Source of the DNA: an uncultured Actinomycetes bacterium
GTDB lineage: Bacteria > Actinomycetota > Thermoleophilia > Gaiellales > Gaiellaceae
NCBI GenBank assembly: GCA_963755605.1
Contig: CAVWKK010000008.1
Location: 551,225 to 615,224, forward strand
Length of the DNA: 64,000 nt
Direction: 5' to 3'
The position numbers and the translations under genes were made by a program. A model generated the notes under the pieces. It was given only the letters and a program-made list of their open reading frames with translations. It was not told where the DNA came from and ran no database searches. Below, piece by piece: positions 27,730-37,465 of this stretch (positions are counted from its first letter, which is position 1; each line of letters opens with the position of its first letter).

Positions 27730-29385
27730 GTGAGGGGGAACATCAGAAAGCTGGCGCTACCGTTTGCGGCGCTGGTCGTCCTCGTGGCCGCGAGTACCGC
27801 GGGCGGGGCATCGCAGGCAAGTGACACTCTCGTTTTTGCAGGTGCGGCGGATCCGACCTATCTGGATCCGGCGCTGGTATCCGACGGTGAGTCGTTCCGC
27901 GTCACGGAGCAGATCTTTCAGAGCCTCGTCGAGCTGAAGCCGGGCGCGACCACGATCAGGCCGTCTCTTGCCACGAAGTGGACGTCGAAGAACGCGAAGG
28001 ACTGGACGTTCACGCTCCGCAAGGGCGTCAAGTTCCATGACGGCACGCCGTTCAACTCGGCAGCCGTTTGTTACAACTACAACCGCCAGTACAACTTCAC
28101 GGGCGCCTTCCAGGACCCGTCGGCCACGTACTACTGGCAGACCGTGATGGGAGGCTTCCATCACAACGGGAGCGCCGATCTCTCCCCGAGCCTGTACGTC
28201 GGTTGCACGGCGCACGGCAAGTACTCGGTGACGATCCACCTCCGCACTCCGTCAGGGCCGTTCCTGCCCGGACAGGTGATCTCGTCGTTCGCCATCCAGA
28301 GCCCGACTGCTCTGAAGAAGTACGGCGCGAACCAGGCCGAGCTTCGGGGCGGCGTGTTCTACCCGACGGGCTCGTACGCCTTCAGCCACCCGACCGGGAC
28401 CGGACCGTTCAAGTTCGTGTCGTGGACGGTGGGCGAGAAGGTCGTTCTAACTCGGAACAACGCGTACTGGGGCAAGAAGCCGCGGATCAAGACGCTGATC
28501 ATCCGGCCGATTGCGAACAACACCGCGCGTCTGCAGGCGCTGCAGACGAACGAGGTGCAGGGCTACGACCTCGTCGCGCCCGAGCACATCGCCACGATCC
28601 AGAGCAACTCCAAGCTGAAGGTCGTCAACAGGCCGTCGTTCAACGTCGCCTACGTGACGATCCATCAGGGGCCGGGTTCGCCGATGAACGACATCAAGGT
28701 GCGGCAGGCCGTCGCGTACGGCCTCGATCGCGCCTCGGTCGTGAACTCGTTCTACTCGGGCCGCGGCCAGGTCGCCAACGAGTTCGAGCCGCCGCAGCTG
28801 TTCGGGTGGTCGAACAAGGTGACGAAGTACCCGTTCAACCCGGACAAGGCGAAGCAGCTCCTGAACTCGTCGAGCTGCCACGTTCCGTGCAAGGTCGACT
28901 TCTGGTATCCGACCGGGGTCTCCCGGCCGTACATGCCGGACCCGAAGCGGAACTTCGAAGCGTTCGCTGCGAGCTTGCAGCGGTCGGGCTTCAACGTCGT
29001 GGCGCACAACGCGCCGTGGCGGCCTGACTACGTCAAGCACGTCAACGAAGGCACCGCGGGCGACCTGAACATGATCGGTTGGACGGGCGACTTCGGTGAC
29101 CCCGACAACTTCCTCGGGACGTTCTTCCAGACGTACAGCGCACAGTTCGGTTTCCACAACGACGCGATCTTCAAGATCCTCGCGAAGGCGGAGGCTGAGA
29201 AGAGCCTCCAGAAGAGGATCGCGCTGTACAAGCAGGCGAACGTCATGATCATGAACTACCTGCCGGGAGTGCCGTACGCGCACTCGCGTCCGGCGCTCGG
29301 GTTCAACAAGGCAGTGCATGGCTACGTTGCCAGCCCTGTTGGAACCGATCCGTTCGAACCCGTCTTCATCGCAGGCGGCCAGTAG
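27730..29385 (+). CDS. ABC transporter substrate-binding protein, family 5 (peptide/nickel)
   Basis: GTG start with GAAAGGAG upstream and a Sec signal peptide. Blocks are PSLATKWTSKNAKDWTFTLRKGVKFHDGTPFNS. Confidence 0.9.
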   Translation: MRGNIRKLALPFAALVVLVAASTAGGASQASDTLVFAGAADPTYLDPALVSDGESFRVTEQIFQSLVELKPGATTIRPSLATKWTSKNAKDWTFTLRKGVKFHDGTPFNSAAVCYNYNRQYNFTGAFQDPSATYYWQTVMGGFHHNGSADLSPSLYVGCTAHGKYSVTIHLRTPSGPFLPGQVISSFAIQSPTALKKYGANQAELRGGVFYPTGSYAFSHPTGTGPFKFVSWTVGEKVVLTRNNAYWGKKPRIKTLIIRPIANNTARLQALQTNEVQGYDLVAPEHIATIQSNSKLKVVNRPSFNVAYVTIHQGPGSPMNDIKVRQAVAYGLDRASVVNSFYSGRGQVANEFEPPQLFGWSNKVTKYPFNPDKAKQLLNSSSCHVPCKVDFWYPTGVSRPYMPDPKRNFEAFAASLQRSGFNVVAHNAPWRPDYVKHVNEGTAGDLNMIGWTGDFGDPDNFLGTFFQTYSAQFGFHNDAIFKILAKAEAEKSLQKRIALYKQANVMIMNYLPGVPYAHSRPALGFNKAVHGYVASPVGTDPFEPVFIAGGQ

Positions 29386-29416
29386 GAAACTGAGCAGAAC
29401 GCCGGCGGACGACTAA

Positions 29417-30424
29417 GTGCTTCGCTACGTCGTCCGCCGGCTTCTGCTGTTGATCCCGATTCTCGTCGGGGTCTCGCTCCTCATCTTCTTCTGGATCCGG
29501 GCGTTGCCCGGGAGTCCCGCGGAGTCGCTGCTCGGTGAGCGGGCGACGCCGGCGCTCGTCAAGGCCTACCGCGATCGCTACGGGCTCGACAAGCCGATCT
29601 GGAGGCAGTACGTCGCCTACGTCAAGACCACGGCGATCGACCGCGACCTCGGCGTGAGCTCAGCGACGCACCGCCAGGTCTCCGCCGAGATCCGCCAGCG
29701 GTTTCCCGCGACGATCGAGCTTTCGGTTGCGGCGATGATCTTCGCGATCTCGATCGGCATCCCACTTGGCTTCTTCGCCGCGAAGAGACACGGAGGGGTC
29801 TTCGACAACTTCACCTTAGTCGGGTCGCTGATCGGAATCTCGATCCCGATTTTCTTCCTCGCGATCATCCTCAAGTACCTGTTCGCGGTTCGCTGGCATC
29901 TGTTACCCAGCGTCGGTCGGATCGACGTCACCGTCGACGCGAAGCATCCAACGAACTTCTACGTTCTCGACGCGATCATCGAACGGGACTGGTCGACGCT
30001 CTGGGACGTGCTGAAGCACCTGCTGCTGCCCGCAATCGCGCTCGGCTCGATCCCGCTCGCGGTGATCACGCGGATCACGCGCGCCGCGGCGCTCGACGTG
30101 CAGAACGAGGACTACGTGCGCACCGCGCGCGCGAAAGGGCTGTCGCCGATCACGGTCGACCGCCGCCACGTGCTGCGAAACGCGATGCTGCCGATCTCCA
30201 CGATCATCGGGTTGCAGACAGGCCTGCTCCTCTCCGGCGCGGTGCTGACCGAGACCGTGTTCGCCTTCCCCGGCATGGGGTCGTGGCTACGTGACGCGAT
30301 CTTCAATCGCGACTACCCCGTGCTGCAGGGCGGGATCCTCTTCCTCGCGACCGTTTTCGTCCTCGTCAACCTGATCGTCGACATCTCGTACGCGATCATC
30401 AATCCGCGGATCAGGTACGGCTGA
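29417..30424 (+). CDS. ABC transporter permease (DppB/OppB type)
   Basis: MLRYVVRRLLLLIPILVGVS..., EAA loop YVRTARAKGLSPITVDRRHVLRNA, and C-terminal DISYAIINPRIR. Confidence 0.9.
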   Translation: MLRYVVRRLLLLIPILVGVSLLIFFWIRALPGSPAESLLGERATPALVKAYRDRYGLDKPIWRQYVAYVKTTAIDRDLGVSSATHRQVSAEIRQRFPATIELSVAAMIFAISIGIPLGFFAAKRHGGVFDNFTLVGSLIGISIPIFFLAIILKYLFAVRWHLLPSVGRIDVTVDAKHPTNFYVLDAIIERDWSTLWDVLKHLLLPAIALGSIPLAVITRITRAAALDVQNEDYVRTARAKGLSPITVDRRHVLRNAMLPISTIIGLQTGLLLSGAVLTETVFAFPGMGSWLRDAIFNRDYPVLQGGILFLATVFVLVNLIVDISYAIINPRIRYG

Positions 30425-31335
30425 TGTCGGTCGCGGAATTCGAGGCACGCGAGCTTGCAATCGAAGGCACCGGCTCCAGTCTCTGGGGCGAGGCCTGGTA
30501 TCAGCTCATTCGCAATCCCGGCGCGATCGCTGGCTTCGTACTGGTCCTGATCTTCGTCATCGCCGCGATCTTCGCGCCGGTGATCGCACCGTATGGGCCC
30601 CTCGACCAGAACCTGTCGCTGCTGAAGGACGGTGGAATTCCGCCCGGGCCCTCGATCCACCATCTGCTCGGCGTCGACCTCCTCGGGCGTGACGTCTTCA
30701 CGAGGATCCTGTACGGCGCGCGCTACTCGCTGCTGATCGGGATCGTGTCGGTTGCGATCGGGTTGACCGTCGGGCTCATGCTCGGCTCGATCGCCGGGTA
30801 CGTCGGCGGGCTGGTCGACACGGTGATCATGCGCTGCATGGACATCATGCTCGCGATCCCAGGGCTGTTGTTCGCGATCGGGATCGTCGCGATGCTCGGC
30901 CCAGGGCTCTACCAGATCATGATCGCGGTCGGTGTCGTGAACGTCCCGATCTTCGCGCGGCTCTTGCGCGGCTCGATCCTCGCGCAGCGGGAGAACGACT
31001 TCGTGCTGGCTGCGCGCTCGGTCGGCGTGCGCAGCCGGGCGATTCTGTTCTCGCACATCCTTCCGAACTCGATCTCGCCCGTCATCGTCCAGGGCACGCT
31101 GGCAATGGCGACGGCGATCATCGACGTCGCCGGCCTCGGCTTCCTCGGGCTCGGGCCGCAGGACCCGTCGACGCCGGAGTGGGGAACGATGCTCACCGAC
31201 GTGAACGACTATCTCCAGGCGGCTCCGTTCCTCGCGATCATCCCCGGCATCGCGATCATCCTGTCCGTCCTGGGGTTCAACCTGATCGGCGACGGCCTGC
31301 GCGAGGCACTCGACCCGAAGCTCCGTGGCCACTAG
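30424..31335 (+). CDS. ABC transporter permease (DppC/OppC type)
   Basis: HLLGVDLLGRDVFTRILYGAR, FVLAARSVGVRSRAILFSHILPN and NLIGDGLREALDPK. The junction with the upstream gene is TGATG. Confidence 0.9.
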   Translation: MSVAEFEARELAIEGTGSSLWGEAWYQLIRNPGAIAGFVLVLIFVIAAIFAPVIAPYGPLDQNLSLLKDGGIPPGPSIHHLLGVDLLGRDVFTRILYGARYSLLIGIVSVAIGLTVGLMLGSIAGYVGGLVDTVIMRCMDIMLAIPGLLFAIGIVAMLGPGLYQIMIAVGVVNVPIFARLLRGSILAQRENDFVLAARSVGVRSRAILFSHILPNSISPVIVQGTLAMATAIIDVAGLGFLGLGPQDPSTPEWGTMLTDVNDYLQAAPFLAIIPGIAIILSVLGFNLIGDGLREALDPKLRGH

Positions 31336-32341
31336 CGACGCCCTGCTCTCTGTAGAGGATCTCGTCCTCGAGTTCTCGACGAGGCGCGGAACGGTTCATG
31401 CCGTCAACGGCATCTCGTTCGAGATCGCCCGCGGCGAGACGCTCGGCATCGTCGGCGAGTCGGGTTGTGGCAAGAGCGTCACCGCGCTCGCCATTCTCGG
31501 CTTGCTGGCGCGGAACGGCAGCGTTCGCTCCGGTCGCGCGGTGTTCGAAGGGCGCGACTTGATCGCCCAGAAGGACCGGGCCCTGCGCCGCATTCGCGGA
31601 CGCGAGATCTCGATGATCTTTCAGGATCCGATGACGTCCCTGAACCCGGTGCTGACGATCGGGCGGCAGATCAGGGAGGCGCTCGAGACGCACTTCGACA
31701 TGAACCGCAAGGACGCTCAGACGCGCGCTGCGGAATTGCTCGACCGCGTCGGAATCCCGAGCGCGGACGCGCGGCTGCGCGACTATCCCCACCAGTTTTC
31801 AGGCGGGATGAGGCAGCGCGCGATGATCGCGATGGCGCTCGCCTGCCAGCCGAAGCTGCTGATCGCCGACGAGCCGACGACTGCGCTCGACGTCACGATT
31901 CAGGCGCAGATCCTCGATCTGCTGCGAGACCTCGTCGCGGAGGAAAACGCCGCGCTGATCCTGATCACCCACGACCTCGGCGTCGTCGCCGGCATGTGCG
32001 AGCGCGTGAACGTGATGTACGGCGGCATGTTCATGGAGACGGGCTCGGCGGAGCAGCTCTTCGGCTCGCCGCGGCATCCGTACACGCTCGGCTTGCTCCA
32101 GTCGGTGCCGCGTCTCGATGCGGCGCGGCGCGAGCGCCTTCATCCGATCGAGGGCTCGCCGCCGAACATGCTGCGGGCGCCGACCGCGTGTCCGTTTCAG
32201 CCGCGCTGCCGCTACGAGGTCGACCTGTCGCGCCAGCAGGTTCCTGAATTGGTGGAGATCGAGCCCGGGCACAAGGTCGCCTGCTTCAACCCGGTCCCGC
32301 TCGACGAGTGGAGCCGCATGCGTGAGGCTGCAACCGCGTGA
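31325..32341 (+). CDS. ABC transporter ATP-binding protein (DppD/OppD type)
   Basis: Walker A GESGCGKS, signature FSGGMRQR, Walker [13 protein letters not shown], and the oligopeptide C-terminal domain (PHHPYT-like RHPYTLGL). Confidence 0.92.
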   Translation: MATSDALLSVEDLVLEFSTRRGTVHAVNGISFEIARGETLGIVGESGCGKSVTALAILGLLARNGSVRSGRAVFEGRDLIAQKDRALRRIRGREISMIFQDPMTSLNPVLTIGRQIREALETHFDMNRKDAQTRAAELLDRVGIPSADARLRDYPHQFSGGMRQRAMIAMALACQPKLLIADEPTTALDVTIQAQILDLLRDLVAEENAALILITHDLGVVAGMCERVNVMYGGMFMETGSAEQLFGSPRHPYTLGLLQSVPRLDAARRERLHPIEGSPPNMLRAPTACPFQPRCRYEVDLSRQQVPELVEIEPGHKVACFNPVPLDEWSRMREAATA

Positions 32342-33423
32342 GCACCGGGAATGGGGCCGGCCCGCTCGTCGAGCTCGAGCATCTCAAGGTCTACTTTCCG
32401 ATCAAGAGCGGCATCGTGCTCGACCGGCACGTCGGCGACATCCGCGCGGTCGATGACGTCTCGCTGACGATCAACCGAGGTGAAACGGTCGGGCTCGTCG
32501 GCGAGTCCGGCTGCGGCAAGTCGACCGTCGGCCGCACGATCCTCCGGCTCTACAAGCCCACCGCGGGCCGCATCCTGTTCGAGGGCCGAGACATCTCGCA
32601 GTTGAGCGAGAACGATCTCCGCCCGCTGCGCCGCCGGATGCAGATGGTCTTCCAGGATCCGTACGCATCGCTCAACCCGCGGCACAGCGTGGGGCGCATC
32701 GTCGGGGAGCCGCTGCGAACACACGGGCTCGCGAGCAGGCGCGAAGTCAACTCCAGGGTCCGTGATCTGCTGAAGATCGTCGGTCTGCCGGCGGATGCCG
32801 CGGGCCGTTACCCGCACGAGTTCTCCGGCGGCCAGCGCCAGCGCATCGGGCTCGCGCGAGCGATCGCGCTCAACCCGGACTTCGTGGTCGCGGACGAGCC
32901 GGTGTCGGCGCTGGACGTTTCGATCCAGGCGCAGATCATCAACCTGCTCGAAACGCTGCAGGAGGAGTTCGAGCTCACCTACCTCTTCATCGCGCACGAC
33001 CTGGCAGTTGTGCGGCACATCTCGGATCGCATTGCGGTGATGTACCTCGGCTGGATCGTCGAGGTGTCGACCGCGGCTGAGCTGTACGAGAACCCGATGC
33101 ACCCGTACACGATCTCGTTGCTCTCGGCCGTCCCGATCCCCGACCCGATCGTGGAGCGGCAGCGGGAGCCGATCCTGCTTGCCGGCGACCTGCCGAGCCC
33201 GGCCAACCCGCCCGCGGCCTGCAGGTTCCACACGCGCTGTCCGTTTGTTCAGCCGACCCGCTGCCGCGAGGATGTCCCACCGCTGCGCAAGCTGTCCACC
33301 GGGCACGAGGTCGCGTGCCACTTTGCGGAGGAGATCAAGGAAGGACGGATCAAGCCGCGCGAGCGCCTGCCGGTTTTGGAGCCGCCCCTCCCAGAGCCGG
33401 TGGAAGAGCCGCCGCCAACCTGA
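32338..33423 (+). CDS. ABC transporter ATP-binding protein (DppF/OppF type)
   Basis: [35 protein letters not shown] and the C-terminal CRFHTRCP. The start forms a GTGA overlap. Confidence 0.92.
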   Translation: MSTGNGAGPLVELEHLKVYFPIKSGIVLDRHVGDIRAVDDVSLTINRGETVGLVGESGCGKSTVGRTILRLYKPTAGRILFEGRDISQLSENDLRPLRRRMQMVFQDPYASLNPRHSVGRIVGEPLRTHGLASRREVNSRVRDLLKIVGLPADAAGRYPHEFSGGQRQRIGLARAIALNPDFVVADEPVSALDVSIQAQIINLLETLQEEFELTYLFIAHDLAVVRHISDRIAVMYLGWIVEVSTAAELYENPMHPYTISLLSAVPIPDPIVERQREPILLAGDLPSPANPPAACRFHTRCPFVQPTRCREDVPPLRKLSTGHEVACHFAEEIKEGRIKPRERLPVLEPPLPEPVEEPPPT

Positions 33424-35065
33424 GGATCTCCTCGCGCTCGAGCGGCGCGATTCGCAACTCGGGCGGAGGGCGGCGGATGAACGTGCCGACGAGGAGCAGT
33501 GCGTCGAGCTCTGCCGGGTCTAGATGGCTGTGCGTGTCGAAGGCGGCCGCGGCGAGGCCCGCGTCGACCTCGAGTCGCGCGCCTGCGCCGTTCGCGGGCA
33601 GCCTGCGCACGGCGGCGACCCTGCCGCCTGCCACGAACACGGCGCGGACGAATCCCGCTTCAGCGGCCGGTGCGAGCAGGCAGCAGCGCGCACGCAGCAG
33701 CTGGTCGTTGCGGCGTAGTGCGCGCGTGACTCCCTCCAGCGCCTCGATGCGGTCACGCAGCCTCGCCGCGTCCTCGTAGCGACGACATTCGGCGAGCTCC
33801 CGCAGCCTCGCTCGCAAACGCGGCAGCGCGAGCTCTGGACGTTCGAGCTCTTCGTCGGACGCGCCGTCGAGCGCGCGGCACGCCAGCCGTGCGCGGCTGC
33901 GGCTGCGGAGCGGGCCGAGCGTCGTGGGCGCCTGCGAGCAGACGAGCTTGTCGCCGCGTCGCCGCAGGTAGACGTAGCGGTCCGGCCTCGCGTTTCGGGC
34001 GTTGGCAACCGGTCGCAGCTCACGTAGCAACCGAAGCTCCTCCAGCGCGGCTTCGAGCTCCGAGCCGAGCACGCGCCACTCGATCCGCTCGAGCGCCGAA
34101 AGCGCAGCCTCGACCGCGGGCCGCTGACGGTCGGATCGGAAGTAGGAGCGCAGTCGTGCGCGAAGATCTCGCGCGCGTCCGACGTAGAGCACCTGGTCGT
34201 GACGGTCGCGGAAGAGGTAGACCCCGGGTGACGTCGGCGCCCCGAACGCGAGCGAGCGCTTCGCATAGATCTTGCGCACCCGAGGTGCGGCGAGATCGAC
34301 GAGATCCGCGACTGTGCGCGCTCCGCGTTCCTGTGCGAGGCCGATCAGGTGGAGCAGGATCTCAGCGGTTGCCTGAGCGTCGGGAAGGGCTCGGTGGCAC
34401 GGCCGTGCTTCGGTTCCGAAGAAGTGCGCGAGTGACGCGAGCCCGGCGCGCGGGGTGCGGCCGGCGAGCAGACGCCGGGCGAGGCCGACGGTGTCGACGA
34501 CCGGCGCGGCGAGGCGGCCGCCCGTCAGCCGCTCGGTCTCGCGGTCGAGGAACGCGAGATCGAAGCGGGCGTTGTGGGCGACGAGCACCGCGTCGCCCGC
34601 GAACTCGAGGAAACGGCGAACTGCGATGCCAGGATGAGGCTGGCCTCGGAGCTCGGCGTCGTGGAGCCCCGTGATCGCGGTGATCGCCGGGCCGAGCGGG
34701 ACGCCCGGGTCGACGAGGAGCTCGAACTCGTCCGCGAGCTCGAAGTCTTTCACCCGGACCGCGCCGATCTCGCAGATGCGGGCGCGTCCGGGCTGGAGCC
34801 CGGTCGTCTCGAGGTCGACGACCACGAACGTCGCCCGCTCGAGGAGGAGCTCCGCTCCGGGTGGATCCGCGAGCCCGACCGCGTCGCCGCGCCACGCGAG
34901 CCGGGTGTCTCCGGTCACCACCTCGTCCAGGAGCGACCGCGCCAGTCCGACCGGGGCATGCCTCAGTGCGAAGAGCCGGCGCGCGGCCTCCTCGGCGTAC
35001 ACGGGGCCGCGCCGCTCCTCGACGAGCTCCACGAGCCGGTCCGCCGCATCGAGGCGAAGTTGCAT
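33350..35065 (-). CDS. DnaQ-like DEDDh 3'-5' exonuclease fused to a GIY-YIG nuclease domain (Rv2191-like)
   Basis: ATG 35065 gives [11 protein letters not shown].... Exo motifs are [22 protein letters not shown] and [10 protein letters not shown]. The GIY-YIG part is [30 protein letters not shown]. The track extension to 35197 crosses the intergenic SOS box. Confidence 0.85.
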   Translation of the reverse strand: MQLRLDAADRLVELVEERRGPVYAEEAARRLFALRHAPVGLARSLLDEVVTGDTRLAWRGDAVGLADPPGAELLLERATFVVVDLETTGLQPGRARICEIGAVRVKDFELADEFELLVDPGVPLGPAITAITGLHDAELRGQPHPGIAVRRFLEFAGDAVLVAHNARFDLAFLDRETERLTGGRLAAPVVDTVGLARRLLAGRTPRAGLASLAHFFGTEARPCHRALPDAQATAEILLHLIGLAQERGARTVADLVDLAAPRVRKIYAKRSLAFGAPTSPGVYLFRDRHDQVLYVGRARDLRARLRSYFRSDRQRPAVEAALSALERIEWRVLGSELEAALEELRLLRELRPVANARNARPDRYVYLRRRGDKLVCSQAPTTLGPLRSRSRARLACRALDGASDEELERPELALPRLRARLRELAECRRYEDAARLRDRIEALEGVTRALRRNDQLLRARCCLLAPAAEAGFVRAVFVAGGRVAAVRRLPANGAGARLEVDAGLAAAAFDTHSHLDPAELDALLLVGTFIRRPPPELRIAPLEREEILRLAAALPPALGGAAPKPAGARAA

Positions 35066-35080
35066 GCCCGAGAGCGTAGG

Positions 35081-35094
35081 CGAACATACGTTCG
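35081..35094. promoter_or_regulatory. Second Cheo-type SOS box (CGAACATACGTTCG)
   Basis: A perfect CGAAC-N4-GTTCG lies in the 49-bp divergent intergenic region. It is 15 nt from the nuclease ATG and 20 nt from the antiporter ATG. Confidence 0.75.
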
Positions 35095-35114
35095 TCTGCA
35101 AGGATCGCGGCCGA

Positions 35115-36297
35115 ATGACGCTCTCCCAGCTCGCCCTCACTGTGCTCCTTCTGGGTGGGCTGGGCCTGTTGGCCAATCGGGTCGGCATCTCGGCCATTCC
35201 TGCCTACCTCCTGGCCGGGATCCTGCTCGGCCCGAACGAGCCGCATCTGACGAGCCTCATCCAGCCGTCGGACGTGACGGCGTTCGTCGCCGAGCTCGGC
35301 CTGATCTTCCTCCTGTTCTTTCTCGGGCTGGAGTTCAGCCTCGACCGCTTGCGCAGGACCGGACGGCACGTGGGGCTCGGCGGCACGGTCGACCTCGTCG
35401 TCAACGCTGCCGTCGGCTTGCTCGTCGGCCTGGTCGCCTTCGGGTTCAGCTTCGGCGCGCTCGTGCTCGGCGCCGCGATCTACGTCTCCTCGAGCGCGAT
35501 CACCGTCAAGGGCCTGATCGACTTTCGCCGGCTCGCCGACGAAGAGACCGACCTCGTGCTCGCGATCCTGCTTGTTCGAGGATCTCGTGATCGCGTTCGT
35601 GCTCGGCTTCGCCGCGACCGGTGGCGGTACGGCGGGATCGACGCTCGGAACGTTCGGCAAGGCGTTTGCGTTCATCGCCGCATCGCTCGCCGCGTCGCGC
35701 TGGGCCGCGAAGCCGCTCGACCGGCTGCTCGACTGGGTCCCGCGCGAGGTCTTCCTCCTCCTGACGTTCGGGCTGCTCGTCGGAATGGCGGCCCTCGCGA
35801 AAGAGCTCGATCTGTCGGAGGCGATCGGCGCGCTGATGGCCGGCGTCGTGCTGTCGGAGACCAGTGTGCGCGAGGAGATCGAGGAGCGGTTCTTCAGCTT
35901 TCGCGACCTCTTTGCCGCGCTCTTCTTCTTCGTGTTCGGCCTGTCGATCGACGTCGGCGCGCTGGGACGCCTCGGCTGGCTGCTCGCCCTCGCGGTACCG
36001 CTGACGATCCTCGGTAAGACCGCCGCCGGTTACGTCGCGGGTCTCGTCGGGAGCCTTTCGCCCCGCCAGAGCTTCAACGCGGGGATTGCGCTGATCGCGC
36101 ACGGGGAGTTCACGATCATCCTCGCGCAGCTCGCGGCGGGCAACTCGCGCCTGAGTCACGCGGTGCGCGCGGACCTCACGGCTTTCACCGGGCTCTACGT
36201 TCTCGCAACGGCAACGATTGGAGTGATCCTGATGAAGGAGTCGAAGATCATCGGCCGCCGGCTGTTTCCGGTCCCTAGACTGGCCGCGAGGAAGTAG
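35115..36297 (+). pseudogene. CPA2 (Kef/KhtU-type) cation:proton antiporter, interrupted by a +1 frameshift near 35574
   Basis: Frame 0 (from ATG 35115) reads ...ETDLVLAILL and then runs into nonsense. Frame +1 (from 35575) continues FEDLVIAFVLG... to 36297. Removing g35574 restores ILLFEDLV, the conserved CPA2 motif. Confidence 0.8.
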
Positions 36298-36299
36298 CG

Positions 36300-36797
36300 A
36301 TGCCAGTCGATCTCAGAGAAACCCGGCTGCCGGGAGTCGGCGTCAAGTACGGCTTTCGCACGTCGGACGGCGGACGCCTCGCAATCGTGCTGCACAACGA
36401 CGGGCTGCGGGAGATCTACGTGTTCCGGCACGAGCACGACGACGAGCCCGATGCGGTCGTGCGGTTGGACGACGACGAGGCGCGTCAGCTCGGCGCCGTG
36501 ATCGGAGGCGCGTACGAGCGTCCGAAGATCGTCGAGGAGCTCGAGCTGGCGCTCGGCGAGCTCACGATCGAATGGCTGCCGGTTCCGGACACGAGCCCGC
36601 TGATCGGGAAGACGCTCGCCGAGTGCGGCTTCCGCGCGAAGGCCGGCATCACGGTGATCGCGATCCTGCGGGAGCCGGAGCCCGTTGCAGGCGCGCAGCC
36701 GACCGACGTGATCAAGCAAGGTGACACGCTCGTCACGGTCGGCAAGGCCGGCCAGTACGCGGCGTTTCGCAAGCTGCTCGCTGAGGGCAGTCTCTAA
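36300..36797 (+). CDS. Cation:proton antiporter regulatory subunit (TrkA-C domain, KhtT-like)
   Basis: The N-terminus is LPGVGVKYGFRTSDGGRLAIVLHNDGLREIYVF...LDDDEARQLGAVIGG. The C-terminus is a TrkA-C fold (GKTLAECGFRAKAGITVIAILR). Confidence 0.8.
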   Translation: MPVDLRETRLPGVGVKYGFRTSDGGRLAIVLHNDGLREIYVFRHEHDDEPDAVVRLDDDEARQLGAVIGGAYERPKIVEELELALGELTIEWLPVPDTSPLIGKTLAECGFRAKAGITVIAILREPEPVAGAQPTDVIKQGDTLVTVGKAGQYAAFRKLLAEGSL

Positions 36798-36803
36798 CTC
36801 TTC

Positions 36804-37349
36804 ATGGACGTGCTGTGTTCGGTCGAGGTCGCGGCGGTCCGCGCGGAGCCGCGTGAGGACGCGGAGCGCGTGACGGAGCTGCTGCAGGGCGAGCCTGTCG
36901 AGGTGGACGGTCGCAAAGACGGGTGGGTGCGCATCCGCACGGCCTACGACTATCCGGGCTGGGTCCGCGAAGAGGAAATCGCCGGCACCGGCGGCGATGC
37001 TGTTGAGCAAGCGCGCCGCTATCTCGGCACGCCGTACCTGTGGGGCGGGATGACGGAGCGCGGAATCGACTGCTCCGGCCTCGTCCACATGGCGTACCGG
37101 TGGCTCGGCCGCCTCGTTCCCCGCGACGCCGACCAGCAGGAGGCCGCAGGTGAGCTTGTGGCAGAGGATGCGCTCGAGCGAGGCGATCTCGTCACGTACG
37201 GCGACGAGGAGACCGCCACGCACATCGCTTTCTGGCTCGGTGACGGCCGCATCCTGCATTCCACGGAGCGCGAAGGCGTGAACGGCGTCGTCGAGGAAGC
37301 CGAACCGGCCCACCTACGAGCCCAGCGCCGCCGTCTAATCCGCTTGTAA
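36804..37349 (+). CDS. NlpC/P60 (C40) peptidase with an N-terminal SH3b-like domain
   Basis: [22 protein letters not shown] holds the catalytic Cys and [14 protein letters not shown] the His. The N-terminal part is SH3-like. Confidence 0.85.
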   Translation: MDVLCSVEVAAVRAEPREDAERVTELLQGEPVEVDGRKDGWVRIRTAYDYPGWVREEEIAGTGGDAVEQARRYLGTPYLWGGMTERGIDCSGLVHMAYRWLGRLVPRDADQQEAAGELVAEDALERGDLVTYGDEETATHIAFWLGDGRILHSTEREGVNGVVEEAEPAHLRAQRRRLIRL

Positions 37350-37465
37350 AACCCGCCCGTACTAACGGCGGAGCCTGAAAGACGTCTGTAAGAATCGAGC
37401 ATCCGCGTGTGGACGTGGGGGATGTCGCGCCCGCCGTGGGAGGACCCAACGGGAGGAGTTCCATA

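Noticed and set aside
34362-35675. 437-aa minus-strand ORF and the 338/448-aa plus-strand ORFs around 34.5..36.0 kb
   Set aside because: They are off-frame shadows over the DnaQ/GIY-YIG and antiporter genes. The 448-aa ORF is real only from 35115 to the frameshift near 35574.
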